Assembly: GCA_012026655.1 (NCBI GenBank)
Contig: JAAILG010001223.1
Location: 1-64,000, forward strand
Direction: 5' to 3'
DNA: 64,000 nt
From: Hydrolagus affinis
Taxonomy: Eukaryota
In this document: piece after piece, positions 52,101-64,000 of the stretch
How the letters are laid out: each line of letters opens with the position of its first letter
Position numbering within the stretch: position 1 is the first letter of the stretch
Notes under the pieces: model-generated
What the model saw: only the letters and a program-made list of their open reading frames with translations
Database searches by the model: none
What the model was told of the DNA's origin: nothing
Position numbers and translations under genes: made by a program

Positions 52101-54052
52101 GCTACACAGGATGTTCTGAGTGACATCAACAGCGCGGGACCATTCAATAAAGAAAGCTGCAGCCAGAGATGTAGACAACCCTGACAACTGTTCTACTGAT
52201 CAGTCTCGTGCTTTGTTTAGCTCATCATTCACACACCCTCCCTCATTCCTCAGTTATCTATTCCTGCCTGCAGATAATGCCCTACTCTAGTGACTAGCAG
52301 ACCTCCCACTTTAGTCTGATAAGCAGTGCAGACTTTCATTCTTGTGGTTAATGGGAGGCTTTGATGGCATCCGTTTTGACAAATGGGAATATTTGGCCAG
52401 ATCTTAGCTTCTAGGTGGGCTTTTCTTGTGAAATGTACAGGCAATGTACGATGAAGTGAATAGTTTTCTGCATCTCTAATGTAATAAAATATCCATTCCT
52501 TACAGACAATCAGTACTTGGGACACATAGATTATCTGGACTGTGAGCAACTCTACCCTATTAGTTCATCTGCCTTCATATGGAGACCCCAACACAACAAA
52601 CAAAGTGAATGTAAAAATGGTGACAGTTGTTCTTTATGATGGAGTGTCATGTTTTTACATCTGAGAGAGACAATGTACTACACGCTCCCCTAGTGGCAGC
52701 AAATAAAAAACTAGCATTTGTATATTATCAAATTACATCAGGGCCAGAAATACCTAAGGGAAGTGTGGTCTCTATAAATGGCTGCAACAGGTGATGTTTG
52801 TTGTCACTTCTCCAGGGCTGCTGGATGGCACAATGACATGTGCGCTGACTTGACTGTACCTGCATTTCTTCACACATATCAGCCACCTGCTCTAGATCCC
52901 CATTGATGCGTGAACAATATCGAAATGACGTCAAATTTGTGGAACCTGAAAGGGTTGCCAACAACCATTTTTCACCAGAGTTTTAACATTATTGTAACTC
53001 TGAACCTTCAACTTTCCACATGTCACAAATTCACTAATTTCCACAGATCCATAAATCCAGGCTTAAAATCGACTCCTTGAAGTACTCCCTCACTACTATT
53101 GAAGCATTCAATGCCCTAAAATTAGCCATAATAGTACATTTAACAATAGTCACTAACTATCAAGAGCAACTTGGGAGCAAACCATTCCATCTCAGAAGAG
53201 AGAGGTTGACTTGCCCAGTCCATCTCCATTTACATCCTATTTGGCCAACTAATACAGCACAGCAATGATGACCATATCAAGATCAACTGCTGAGATCATC
53301 CTGACTGAGGTAGGATGCGAGAATGAATGACAACCATCAGAAGAGAATGAGGAGAAAAAACATGAATAGATTTCCACCATTGACCTATACTTTTGTGCTG
53401 TAATATAATTACGGATTTTATATTACAGATATAGTTCCCTGTCCCTACAGTGAACTTTGAAACGTCTTCAGTAAAGGAAGTTCTCCTCATTTAACCTTAA
53501 AACTTAATTTTATTGTTGAAATTCGAATTAGCCGAAGATTTGAGATGCTTTCTGATGCTTAGAGGGCAGAAGACTTGCAGCATGAGTGAACTCCATAGCA
53601 TTTGGTTAATTCATGCCATGAACCCACATCTATCCATTTCTAAATCTATGTCTGAGGCTTGCTCGTGCTTTACTCTAGTAGGAGTGCAATGCTTTCCAGA
53701 TGGACACCAGTATATTTTTCCTGTCTCGTACATTCCTTTGTACAGATTAAAATGTCTGGCCAAAGAATGGCTTCCCACATTTATCCATTTTATTAATTGC
53801 AATCGACGGAACATAGTTCTGCATTGATGCATTGTAGCACTTACCCTTTGTTACAAAAAAACACAGCAAAAGTCTTGATTCAAATAGAACTTGTCATTAA
53901 ATGCAGCAAATAAATATTGATGCATCCCTCAAGTACAGTTGAATAATTCCGAGGTTATTAAAACACAATTTTTTTTATATTTCAAATACTGTATATGATC
54001 AGGCTGCTACACCGAAAAAATCCGAAACTAGTTTTAAGAGTAGGGCTTGATG

Positions 54053-54365
54053 ATAAATAATATTAATCCTTGCATTTGATATAGCTCTTTTCACATCTTC
54101 TAGACGTCTCAAAGCGTTTCACAGAATATACCGTAAAGTGAATTGACTGTATATTTTGTGGGCGAAGTGCAGCAGCCAATTACGCACAGCAGCGTCCCAC
54201 AAACAGTCATGGATTGAGATGAGCAATTTTATTATTATTAATTGAGGGACTATTATCAGGCGTGTGGAGTAAGGAAACTTGCCCAAGCTTTCACCCTGCC
54301 TGGAATCGAATCCAGGTCTCTCACTTGCAAGGGAGTGCTCTAAGCACAAAGCTACAGGACTCCAC
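54053..54365 (-). mobile_element. Full-length tRNA/Deu SINE
   Basis: Tail through head ...ggaatcgaatccaggtctctcacttgcaagggagtgctctaagcacaaagctacaggactccac. Confidence 0.93.
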
Positions 54366-54774
54366 ATTAGTTAACATTCCAAATTAAATATTGCATTCTT
54401 TTTATTGGCTGCTATATTTATTCAGTTCTTTTTAATTCATACACTGTAATTCTCAACTATTTTACCCGGGTTTCTTTCCATTGATATATCGCTCAAATCT
54501 CCACACCCTTTTTTTTCAAATAAAATCTAATTATTCAATGGATTCTGGTAATACCTTTTTAGAATCCTGATTTATTTTATTTGTTAAACACACACAAATA
54601 AAGGAAATTCTTGCTACCTCCAATGTGTGAGGTACCAGAGTACACTCTTGAACTTTCAGTACACCTTGTCACACGCCTACAGAAAGAAAACATGGAAAAC
54701 CAATTTGGTGAAACTGAAGGCATTGATTCATGCAAGAGTACAGTTCCACAGAGACAGGTTGCTTTCCTACATGG

Positions 54775-55060
54775 CCTCGCTTCATCTGTGAATCTAGTCA
54801 GTAAGTGTTGGCAGGCTGTACAACTGGGATGCAACACATCCTAGCCGAACCCTGTCCTCACGCAAAACCCACATATGCACACTGCACTTCTCGTTAGGAG
54901 GCCTTGGAGAGCAGTCGTGAGCAGTTGATTGTTTCCAGTCCCTATCTCAGGGGAACAGAGGCCAACTATATCCCACCACCACCCCCCCAATGCCACCGTG
55001 ACAGAAACAAGATAACAGCAAGGAGTAGAAATCAAACTTGGGACCCATTTAGTCTAAATG
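54775..55060 (-). repeat. Copy of the older dispersed repeat family
   Basis: ttcatctgtgaatctagtcagtaagtgttggcaggct...gccgaaccctgtcctcac matches the reverse complement of 60550-60625. Confidence 0.6.
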
Positions 55061-55984
55061 ATTCCATTCCGCAGAGTGCAGCAACTTCACCAGCTGATTC
55101 AACGGAGGAGCCATCTCAAGTTTCACTGAGATAAGATACCGCTTATCAGCCACTGAATGGAGAGAGTGGAAGTGTTGCTGCTACCAGCAAATGATACTTA
55201 GTCATATGGGCGTCTGATTCTTCAGCAGAAGACAGGAGCCCATCAGCAAATTCTGAAGATGTGTTGAAGCTATGGTAGTTGTCAACATACTGTACAAATT
55301 AAAGTGAATAAATCAATCACTTTATGGGGACTAGGGAAGAATTCTTGCAACTAGAGAGAACAAAGAGATAACCAAACTAGGAAGCAAGTGCCAAGTGCTA
55401 TAATCAGCTCAAGGTCCCCTCACCACATACATCTGCTCGATCACTCAGCAAAACCAACAACAGAAAGCTCAGGATGGACCTATTTTCATTCGGGTTAAAT
55501 ATTACTTCTATGCTTTCCCTCTTCCCATCACCCACTTCCCATTAATCCAGGAATTTTTTTGCTTTTACAGCAAGAATATTTGGGGTTTCTCTTTTACGAT
55601 GGCAATTTAAGAGATCAAAAAGATTCATTCCAGCCTAGTTGGGCCTGAATTAATCGTTGTGGATCAGCCACTTGACGCCTCAGCCTTTGCTCGATCATCT
55701 AATGAATAGTAATAAATAATAACTGCCGCTGCTCCGAGATGATTATGTTACGTTTAAACGAAAGCCAAAACAGAGAAAGAGTCTACCAAATAAATTGGCT
55801 TTTCCAAATTTTCTCTCCTCTTCTGAAGTTATGGTCACTCAACAGTGATTCCACAGTGCCAGCCAGCAGTGTTCTGACACTTTGCCAATGTGACTATTCT
55901 TCTGTGAGGCTAGAGGCTAGACATTGTGTTGTCAGCAGGGGATCAGCTTAACTCAGCACAGACCGTAGAAGAAAGGAAAGAAAG

Positions 55985-56160
55985 AACTTGCATTTTTATA
56001 GTGTTTTACCACAACAAACTGAAACAAAGCGCTTCTCAAGTAATTACCTTCCAGTTTTTTGGGCTTTTTTTTATAGATTAAACAAGGTAGCCATTTTGTG
56101 CCAGCAAGGTCCCGCAAATGCAAGGTGAATGAATGGCTAATCAATCGGCGTGATTGTTGG
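55985..56160 (-). mobile_element. Older Deu-domain SINE 3' part
   Basis: cttgcatttttatagtg...aaagcgcttc...ggtagccattttgtgccagcaaggtcccgcaaatgcaa. Confidence 0.6.
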
Positions 56161-56776
56161 CTGTAGGAACAGTGAGAGAAATAAAAAATCCCATTGATTT
56201 TCAAACGAACACCCAACCGAACAGGCAAAAAGGTGGATGCGTTCTGATAATGGAAATGCACTGCAAGGAGCAGGTCAAGAGTGTTTTTAAAAGGGGATTT
56301 ATTTATTCATGAAGGAACCATAAACAATGCATGCAATATTTGAAGTTGCAGTTCACGAAGAGACACAATGAGGAAGGAATGTCTGTATGTGTAACCACTA
56401 TCCTCACCTCAGCAGTAGCTCTCAAGTCTTTTATGACACATCACTCATGCTATACTTACGCATTAAAACATTCAGCTGTGTTAAATACCCCACTTCAACT
56501 ATTTTCTTGTATTCTAGTTCAACAACCATTCCACAGTACTGCCTCCGACAAAGAACTTTCACTTCATTGGTTTCCTCGCTCTCATCTAATTTTCAGAACC
56601 TACGAACAGAACCCTCAACTCCCATCGTATGACTACTGATTCTTCATGCTATTCATGAAGTAAAATATGCACCTGCACTGAGGGAAAAATTGAAAGCCAT
56701 CAGGTACAAGCAACAAAACAGACACTCTACCCAGTCAAGTTATTATCCCGTGATTCATTGTGTATAAACATGGTAG

Positions 56777-57074
56777 TAATAATAATAGTAATCTGTGCAT
56801 TTCATAAAGCACCTTTCACGTCTTCTAGACATCTCAAAGCGATTCACAGAATATACCGTATAGTGAATTGACTATATTTTATGGTCAAAATGTGGCAGCC
56901 AACTGCACACAGTCATGGATTGAAATGATCAGTTTATTATTGGGTTTTTTCAAGGGATCATTATCAGGCATGTGGAGTATGGAAACTTGCCCAAGGTTTC
57001 GCCCTGCCTGGAATTGAACCCAGGTCTCTAGCTTGCAAGGTGAATGCTCTAAACAATGAGCTACAGGACTCCAC
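56777..57074 (-). mobile_element. Full-length tRNA/Deu SINE with a small internal deletion
   Basis: Tail through head ...ggaattgaacccagg...gagctacaggactccac. Confidence 0.9.
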
Positions 57075-58302
57075 AATGGTAGCATTAAAGAAGACACAAT
57101 TCAACCTGTTTAATAAGTCAGGCTGCTCTCAGACAGATGTAAAAGGAATGTGAATGAGACATGATGTGGAATTTGTGGATCATTGATAGATGTATTCATC
57201 CTTAATTAGAACTACTCTTATTTGTGGTTAAAAAAAACCTAAGCCCACTTACAGAAAAGTAATTTCTTTGGTTTAGAGGGGGAAGAAAAACACTGGGTGT
57301 CTAAACAAAAAGCTATGTTTTCGCAGCTTAAATTTCTTTCAACTTTCTTCAGCCTTTAGCAATACATAATTAAAGTCAAAGCTTAAAATAGGAAAGCAAT
57401 GGGCCATTTGGTTATCCAGCCAGACATTCTGTTTGGTCATGACAGCTCTTTATCTTTCTCATCCTGTTTCCATGCTTTTTCTGTATATCCATTAGTATCC
57501 TTACTTCCTATGGTTGCCCCTTTATGTCCTTCTTAAAACACCTAATCAAATCTAGTTCATTCAACTCCACTAATGTACCACCAACAGGCACCAAGACTAT
57601 GGCCATTTATTATAAATCACAGGCAACACAGAAATGAATGCAAAGAGTGTGACATTCCTCCAAAATTCCAGAAGGAAGTACTTATGAATACTCATTTGTG
57701 TGTGTGTTTTTTAAACCTTCAAAAATGTTTCCGTATAAACTTGTGTTGGCTTTGATGATTTCGCTTTGATCTGTGAAATAAATTGACTTTATTATACAGC
57801 ATCAAGCTGTTCAAACCAACCAAAAAGAATAGTTGTTTCATAAATTGATGGTAATATTTTAAGTATTTCCTGTTTTCATTTAGCAGACACCTTCAAGTTG
57901 CATTAATGAAAGGATATGTAATTATGTAGTACGCAATGGGTCTGCTTAAAACCTTGCATAATAAGATCAAAATCTTGTTTGATCAACTTTCAAATACCAC
58001 AATCTGCAACATCTCATATCATTGTATGCCTGACTTTTCAATTACTCAATGAAGATATGAACCATATGTTGAATTCATTCCATATCTATTTGTGTTGTTG
58101 AATAGCGCTATATCAAATAGAAAGTTTGTTCCAGTATGTGATCTCTTTCCTTTACCCACTCATCTCTCTCTCTTTCATCCCACTCATGTGCTGTTAATTC
58201 TTCAGGACAAACCTCAAACTCTTAACAAGTGGCTCTAGCTGGACAAGCAGCAGGAAGCTTGCCAGACAGGGCAATGGCAAACTGTACAAGTTTAAGCTGG
58301 AA

Positions 58303-58375
58303 AACAACAACAACCACAAAAGAACAAAATTACATTTATAGAGCTCCTTTCATGTCGGGAGGACGTCCAAGGCGA
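58303..58375 (-). mobile_element. Very short L2 3' end
   Basis: (aac)n...ttacatttatagagctcctttcatgtcgggaggacgtccaaggcg. Confidence 0.75.
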
Positions 58376-60439
58376 ATAAGGTGGCATACACATGTCAAAC
58401 ATCCGTCTGACCAACAAAAAAACACTCTCTCCTTTGAAATCTGTCCTTCAGGCCTAACATCTCCCAGGACTGCCACTTCTTCTCACTTTGACCACAACTG
58501 CAGTGGGGCAGGTAATGTACTGTATGGTACATCGGCAATCTTTATTTTTGGACTCACACCTGTTTCCAATCGTGTTGCTGTCACAATTGGGTGGATGTCT
58601 TGAAATCAAAACATTGCAAATATGAACAACACACTCATTCCAGGACAGACGTGGCACCGTGGGTCAAGTCAACTTAACCAGGGAAATCAATCAGGCGTTG
58701 CTGGGGCTCTACTGACGTCATTGTAAAAATAACACAGCCTTGAAGTTACACGGTCTCAGGGGTTGGGGAGGGGAATATGGCTCGCAAATATTATGCAGTG
58801 GAAAAAAAAATGCCTAACTTTGAAATATGGTTGGGTGGGGATCTGTGTGTGTGCGAGGGAGTGAGACGGGGGCCCAATGAACTATTTACAAGATGTTCCT
58901 GTGGAGCTGTTAGATCAGACAATTTTCAGCATAACCTGGAAAAGGGCAGTGCATTCCACATCCACATTCCAAACTCAGGGTCAAACCCAATTGCGAACGC
59001 TGGAAAATAAATTAGGACGGGTGGACCCACACTCATGATCTGTAAACGGAAACCAGCAGGCTTTGGCCTTTGCTGCAAATTACTCAAAAATAAATAAATG
59101 AATGAGTGAAAATAAAGGTTGCGTTTGCAGCTTGAAGACAAAAGAGACATAAGCTTTTGTCAACTGATCCCATAAAACATCCTGTTGGCCTCACACAAAA
59201 GACTTTTAAACAGATGTTGTATAATCTTGCATAACAAACCGTAAATCTTAGGAGCAGTAAGAGGCGCTGAAATTGGCCTGACAACCCCCTGTGTTAAGGA
59301 GGGGTAAATCAGTGCGTTGCAATATGCCCCTGCAGCCAAACAGCCTCCTGACAATCACTGTCGGGATTCGCATCCGAATGCCTTCTTAGCCGAGATACAA
59401 AAGGAGACTCAAGGCTAGATGTAGCTACACTCAGGTGAAAGAAGAAATAAAGTAAAACTCCTTCAGAAGTGGAATGAGTAGGGGATAAAAAAAACATATA
59501 TTTTACAACATCTGGTCTTTTCATTGCAATTTACTCACAACTAAGTACATGCCAATATTTTATTTATGTATGCATGAGAAAGATTTATTTCACAACAATG
59601 AATTAATTAATTACTGTGATGCTTGTTTATAACACTTTTTTCCCTTTGATATTTTCAACAACAAAGCTATGGAGTTTGATTTATTTTCTTCTCAAAGTAA
59701 TAGATCCACCTACTAGCGTAATTTGCACGAAAGAATTCTAGAAAATGGTTAATTGAGTATTCAAAGATTTGTATAATGCCTAGTAAATACAACTGCTTGA
59801 TGGAATTATTTCCACACTATCTGTTCATTTGCTTGCTCTGCTTCTTTCACCTCGAGCATTAAAATATTAGGAACGGTTCATTTAAAACCACTTTCATTGC
59901 TAGGCTGAGCTCTGCATTTAATGAACGTTACTGTATCATGATGGTATTGTACCAGTGAATAACCCAGGATCTTGACAGACATAGACACGCTCTTCTTTAA
60001 CCCAATAGATAACCCAAATTGAATTTTCGGCTTCCTGAAGTAATGAATTGGTAGGAGCAACTTCCAAGACAGTCACACAAAGGCAAGCTTCGAGATGACA
60101 TTCAAATGGTTTCGATATTATCTGAATCTCTCCTATATATTTCCTACTACTCAACAACTTTTAATTTATTTTTTTTGACCTGCAGAAGTTTGAAATTATC
60201 TATGGTTTTGCAATGTGTTCAGTGGAACAATTGAACATTGTAAATTTTCTTTCTTGCTGTAAATACATAGTCACAGTGAAAATTAAACACATTTCCACCC
60301 GAGCTCATGGATTAGGCCTAAAATAACGCCCAAAATTTGCCCATCACAAACAGACTTGACGTCTGCAATATCCAAAGAGGGTATCAGTGGCAATACGATT
60401 GGGATGACTGGTAATCTTCAGTCATTGGTGGGGGTGGGC

Positions 60440-60725
60440 GTGAGGGTGGGGGGTGGGAGGGGAGGGGGTTTGGGAAAGAGAACAGGACCATGATTCTAAT
60501 TCCTATCCATTGACCCTTGCTGGAAAGTGGGTGTGTAGGGATGTGGCAAGGACAGGAGAGATCTGCAATGCCCTTCATGGTCGGATAGCTTGCCAGTGCT
60601 GACTGTCAAGGCTCACACATGAAGGATCATCTCTTGGGCAAAGTACCAGAGAACTGTTGGATTCCATGGATCTGTAGCCACCGTGACTCACTGCTTCCAG
60701 CAGCAGAGGAGAAAATACTGGGAGA
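60440..60725 (+). repeat. Copy of the older dispersed repeat family
   Basis: ctatccattgacccttgctggaaagtg...ggacagga...atagcttgcca...ggctcacacatgaag; see 18740. Confidence 0.6.
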
Positions 60726-61232
60726 AAAAATATGTGAGATTTTATAGTTCATGTCACAAATTACAATCTGCAACTTATTTCTTTTCACAATTTTTTAAAT
60801 ATTATTTAATATTTACTAGTGACAAGCAAACCAATATTCACGAGAGAATTTGCTGATAGTATGTTTTGGAGGAAACTCTTTGCCCCAGGACATCAGACTG
60901 TGCCCTTTAAATATATCAAAATCAGATAAAACAGGAAGCCTGAAAATGACTTGCTAATATATAGAGAGGAATTCATACAAATGCATAAAAGCAATCAAGC
61001 CAGTGTGGGGGACTGGCTTCTTAAGTGGCATTTCTTTCAACATTTTACTTGTGCTGAGGGGGAAATCCCATTAAAACATTTTCTGAATATTGCAATACTA
61101 TTACATTATAGTAAACAAGGCAGAATAGCATCATAAAGGGGGTTTAAACTTTAATCTTTATTGATAACCCATATGTATTTTAGAACAGGTCTCTGAAATG
61201 CTCTGTTGTTCCCAATGAATGAGCAGCAATTT

Positions 61233-61434
61233 TGTAGCTCAGTGGTTAGAGCACTCGCCTTGCAAGTGAGAGACCTGGGTTCAATTCCAAGCAGGGCAAA
61301 ACCTTGGGCAAGTTTCCTTACTCCACACGCATAATAATAATACCTCTAAAAATAATAATAAATTGGTCACTTCAATCCACGACTGTTTGTGGGAAACTGT
61401 TGGGCGCAATTGGCTGCTGCGTTTTGCTCAGAAA
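61233..61434 (+). mobile_element. tRNA/Deu SINE 5' two-thirds (3' tail missing)
   Basis: Intact head TGTAGCTCAGTGGTTAGAGCACTCGCCTTGCAAGTGAGAGACCTGGGTTCAATTCC. Confidence 0.9.
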
Positions 61435-61444
61435 TTATTATTAA

Positions 61445-61575
61445 TAATCAAGCAGTGTACCACCAACAGCCATTAAGTGAATGACCAATCTTTTGCTTTG
61501 GAGGATGGTTAGCCAGAACACTGGGAGAAACTCCCGTCTCTTAAACAAGGCTTTTCTTGTCCTGAGCTAAACGCA
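61445..61575 (-). mobile_element. Older Deu-domain SINE fragment
   Basis: caacagccattaagtgaatgaccaatc...gccagaacactgggagaaactccc parallels 9480-9550. Confidence 0.6.
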
Positions 61576-63504
61576 ACTCTCTGGGTAACACTTATAGCAT
61601 CAGTATCAAAAGCGGATCCACAGACCGGAGTGAGGCTGCCAGTGAATGTTTGTTTTTGAGATAATTGGCAGGTGCCGGACTCCATGGTGATAACTGGACC
61701 ACCATTAAGAGCATTAAGGTTTGACAGTTTTTCGGAAAGCTGACCGTCACAAGAATCTTTCTATTTCCTGTGTCACCAGATAATGAGAAAACCATACATC
61801 CCATTCCCTTTCTGCCAAAAATGTTCGCCTGAAAACTATAGCAGTTACTATAACAAACCAGTCATCACTCAAAATGCATAAGGCAGTTTGGTTCCTGTGA
61901 TGTATTCCAGACATAGGAGGAGTGATTTCCTATTCTGTTTGTAGGGATCGTCACATTTGAGGTCAAATGCCTAAGTCGCTTCCCGAATAATGTTTTGCCC
62001 ACTGCTATTCAGGTGGTGTCCAAAAAACTCATGTTGTCTTTAGGGAGACCGATACAAAGACCAAGAAGGCTATGTATGGGCAGTCAACTGAACATGAATT
62101 ACTGTATTTACACCGGAGATGATATAACCACATGAATGGAATTTTTTTTTTGGCTCTTTCCATCAATTACACTGATGTTGTCAAAGTGACACTGTGTTGA
62201 TTTAAAGTTTTGAAGTTGCACCATAGTTATTCGGAAGAGATATGTCGTATATGAAACAAAACATTTAACTCTACATTTATTGGGGTTTAAAATGAATTGG
62301 CTTAGGATTTTCTTTTCCCCCGTCATCTCCAGTTTTGTCTCTGATTTTCTCTATTTTATCTCCCTCTCGTGCTGAAAATGCCAGTGACCATTACTGGGGA
62401 GCAGATGCCAGCAGCATGATTTCCTCCCTGTGTGTTCATTGTTCACATGTGAACTCTAGACATGGGTTTTGGCAGGTAGCCAGTGGAACCATTAAATCCT
62501 TCTGTTTATCTCAAGAGGTAACTTAACAAAGAAGCTAAGATAACACTTTAGCTAGTAAATAGTAGTGAAGTTCAAAAGTGGTAGCCTTGGCAATAGAAAT
62601 GGTGACAACACAAAAGCCAGGATAGGACGTAGAGGTGAGTACATGCCCAGAACTGATGGATGTTTCTTTGTATACAGTTGTTTAAATCACCTTCTGTAAC
62701 CTGATGCATTTTGTAGAACTAACACTGAGCAAGTAAGAGCCTCAAGAAATACTGTACCTGTTTATTTTCCCAGCAAATACATATTATTTGGGCAATTGCC
62801 ATGGACCATCATTATGAAAGAGTATCGCTTTGGCGTGGGTCTGTTTTACTATTTGAGCTCATATTTCACTGCTCCAGTGTGTCAGATTGCTCTGATTTAA
62901 CTGACCTAGTCTCCCAACCACTTTCAGCTCATAAAATTCCCTTCCACCTGTTTTGCTTTTGGTCAGGCTGTTGAAACCCTATACTTGAATGCTACAGCAA
63001 CTTCACAAAGGTCATCAGGATACCAACAAGAATACAGAGGGTTATAGGTTGCAGCAGCTTATAAATGCACAACATCGACATGTAAAGATCTGATGTAAAA
63101 AGCCAGAAGCTCTTTCAATGGGGCAGACGCAAACCCTGTTATTAGTGGTTTACCCTCTCGTTGTCAGAATTGGGCTATTTGCTTGCGTTTCTGTAATTAA
63201 GGCAAGTGAAAGGTGCATTGCTCCATTCTCAAGCACCACCCACTCCCCACCCCCCACCCCCGAAATGGTGCTAATGACAATTGCAAACATAACTGTAACG
63301 AAACAGCTTCATATTTCAAACATAGGCAAAAAAAATTGAATGTTAATTTCATGATGGAAAAGCTTACATTCCCCCTGCTGTGTTTTTTTTCAAATACTGC
63401 AATACTTTGAAAAAATACATTTGGAAATTAATTTTAAGTTCTTTTTTTGGAAGTCTTTTTGTATATTCCCTGAGAGCATTTGCCTTCCTAATGAATAATA
63501 TTAA

Positions 63505-64000
63505 CAATAATAATAATCCTTGCATTTGATATAGCGCTTTTCACATCTTCTAGGACCACTACGCCCCGAGGCTCTGGAACTCCCTTCCTCACTCCCTTCA
63601 CCTCACCCCCTCTCTTCCCAGTTTCAGGTCACAGTTGAAGACCTTTCTCTTCGACCGTGCTTTTGGTCACCTTTCTGCCCCTGCCCCTGGCTCAGTCCCG
63701 GGATCCCTATTGTAAAGTACTCTGAGACGCTGTCCGGCGTGGAGGGCGCTATATAAATCGAAGTTGTTGTTGTTGTTGTAGTAGAAATCTCAAAGCGCTT
63801 CACAGAATATACTGTAAAGTGAACTGACTATATTTGTGAGCGAAACGCAGCAGCCAATTGTGCACAGGAGAGTCCCACAATAGCCCTGGATTGAAATCAC
63901 CAATTTATTATTGTTTGTTAGGGCAGATTATTATGAGGCGTGTGGAGTGAGGAAACTTGCCCAAGGTTTCGCCCTGACCTGCCTGGATTCGAAACACAGG
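63505..64000 (-). mobile_element. tRNA/Deu SINE (GCAGGTCAGGG subfamily) split by an L2 insertion; head runs off the window end
   Basis: Tail at 63505-63553 resumes at ~63782 (tagaaatctcaaagcgcttcacag) and continues to ggattcgaa near 63990. Confidence 0.9.
63554..63778 (+). mobile_element. L2 LINE 3' end nested in a SINE
   Basis: Translates DHYAPRLWNSLPHSLHLTPSLPSFRSQLKTFLFDRAFGH and ends gagggcgctatataaatcgaag(ttg)n. Confidence 0.9.

Noticed and set aside
52735-52835. Possible LF-SINE remnants (also near 8540, 32960, 35310)
   Set aside because: Only 10-12-nt word matches to a recalled consensus, which cannot be supported without a profile search.
61233-61295. SINE heads as tRNA genes (TGC anticodon-like, Ala-type)
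   Set aside because: There is no proper acceptor stem, and each head runs straight into the SINE body. They are SINE promoters, not tRNA genes.
63550-63562. taggaccact resembles part of miR-203, a KIF26A neighbour in mammals
   Set aside because: Only about 10 nt match, there is no hairpin, and the sequence is created by the SINE/L2 junction.
32414-64000. Upstream KIF26 exon (expected C..C...ELKRQA-type motif)
   Set aside because: Not found by eye or in the ORF track and probably beyond the window end. A tBLASTn search would be needed to exclude it.

Overview
This is vertebrate genomic DNA, AT-rich and CpG-depleted, with one 100-N assembly gap. The repeat content suggests a cartilaginous fish, possibly a chimaera, but that is inference. 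The whole window lies inside one minus-strand gene, a KIF26 kinesin that best matches KIF26A. Three N-terminal coding exons (32413-31901, 23600-23434, 5365-5182) have canonical AG/GT sites and splice in frame; the upstream exons and the motor-domain exons were not found here. The rest is intron. It holds about 11 full or near-full copies and many fragments of a ~300-bp tRNA-headed Deu-type SINE with an L2-like tail, L2 and CR1 LINE 3' remnants, an older Deu-domain SINE, an older dispersed repeat family I cannot name, and Penelope-like remnants, one with a hammerhead-ribozyme core. Most ORF-track entries are spurious. I found no clearly new gene system. The best leads are RNA-structural or retroelement-related: a covarying 3' stem-loop shared by the SINE and L2 tails, the hammerhead motif, an intronic hairpin near 20960, and nested insertions.
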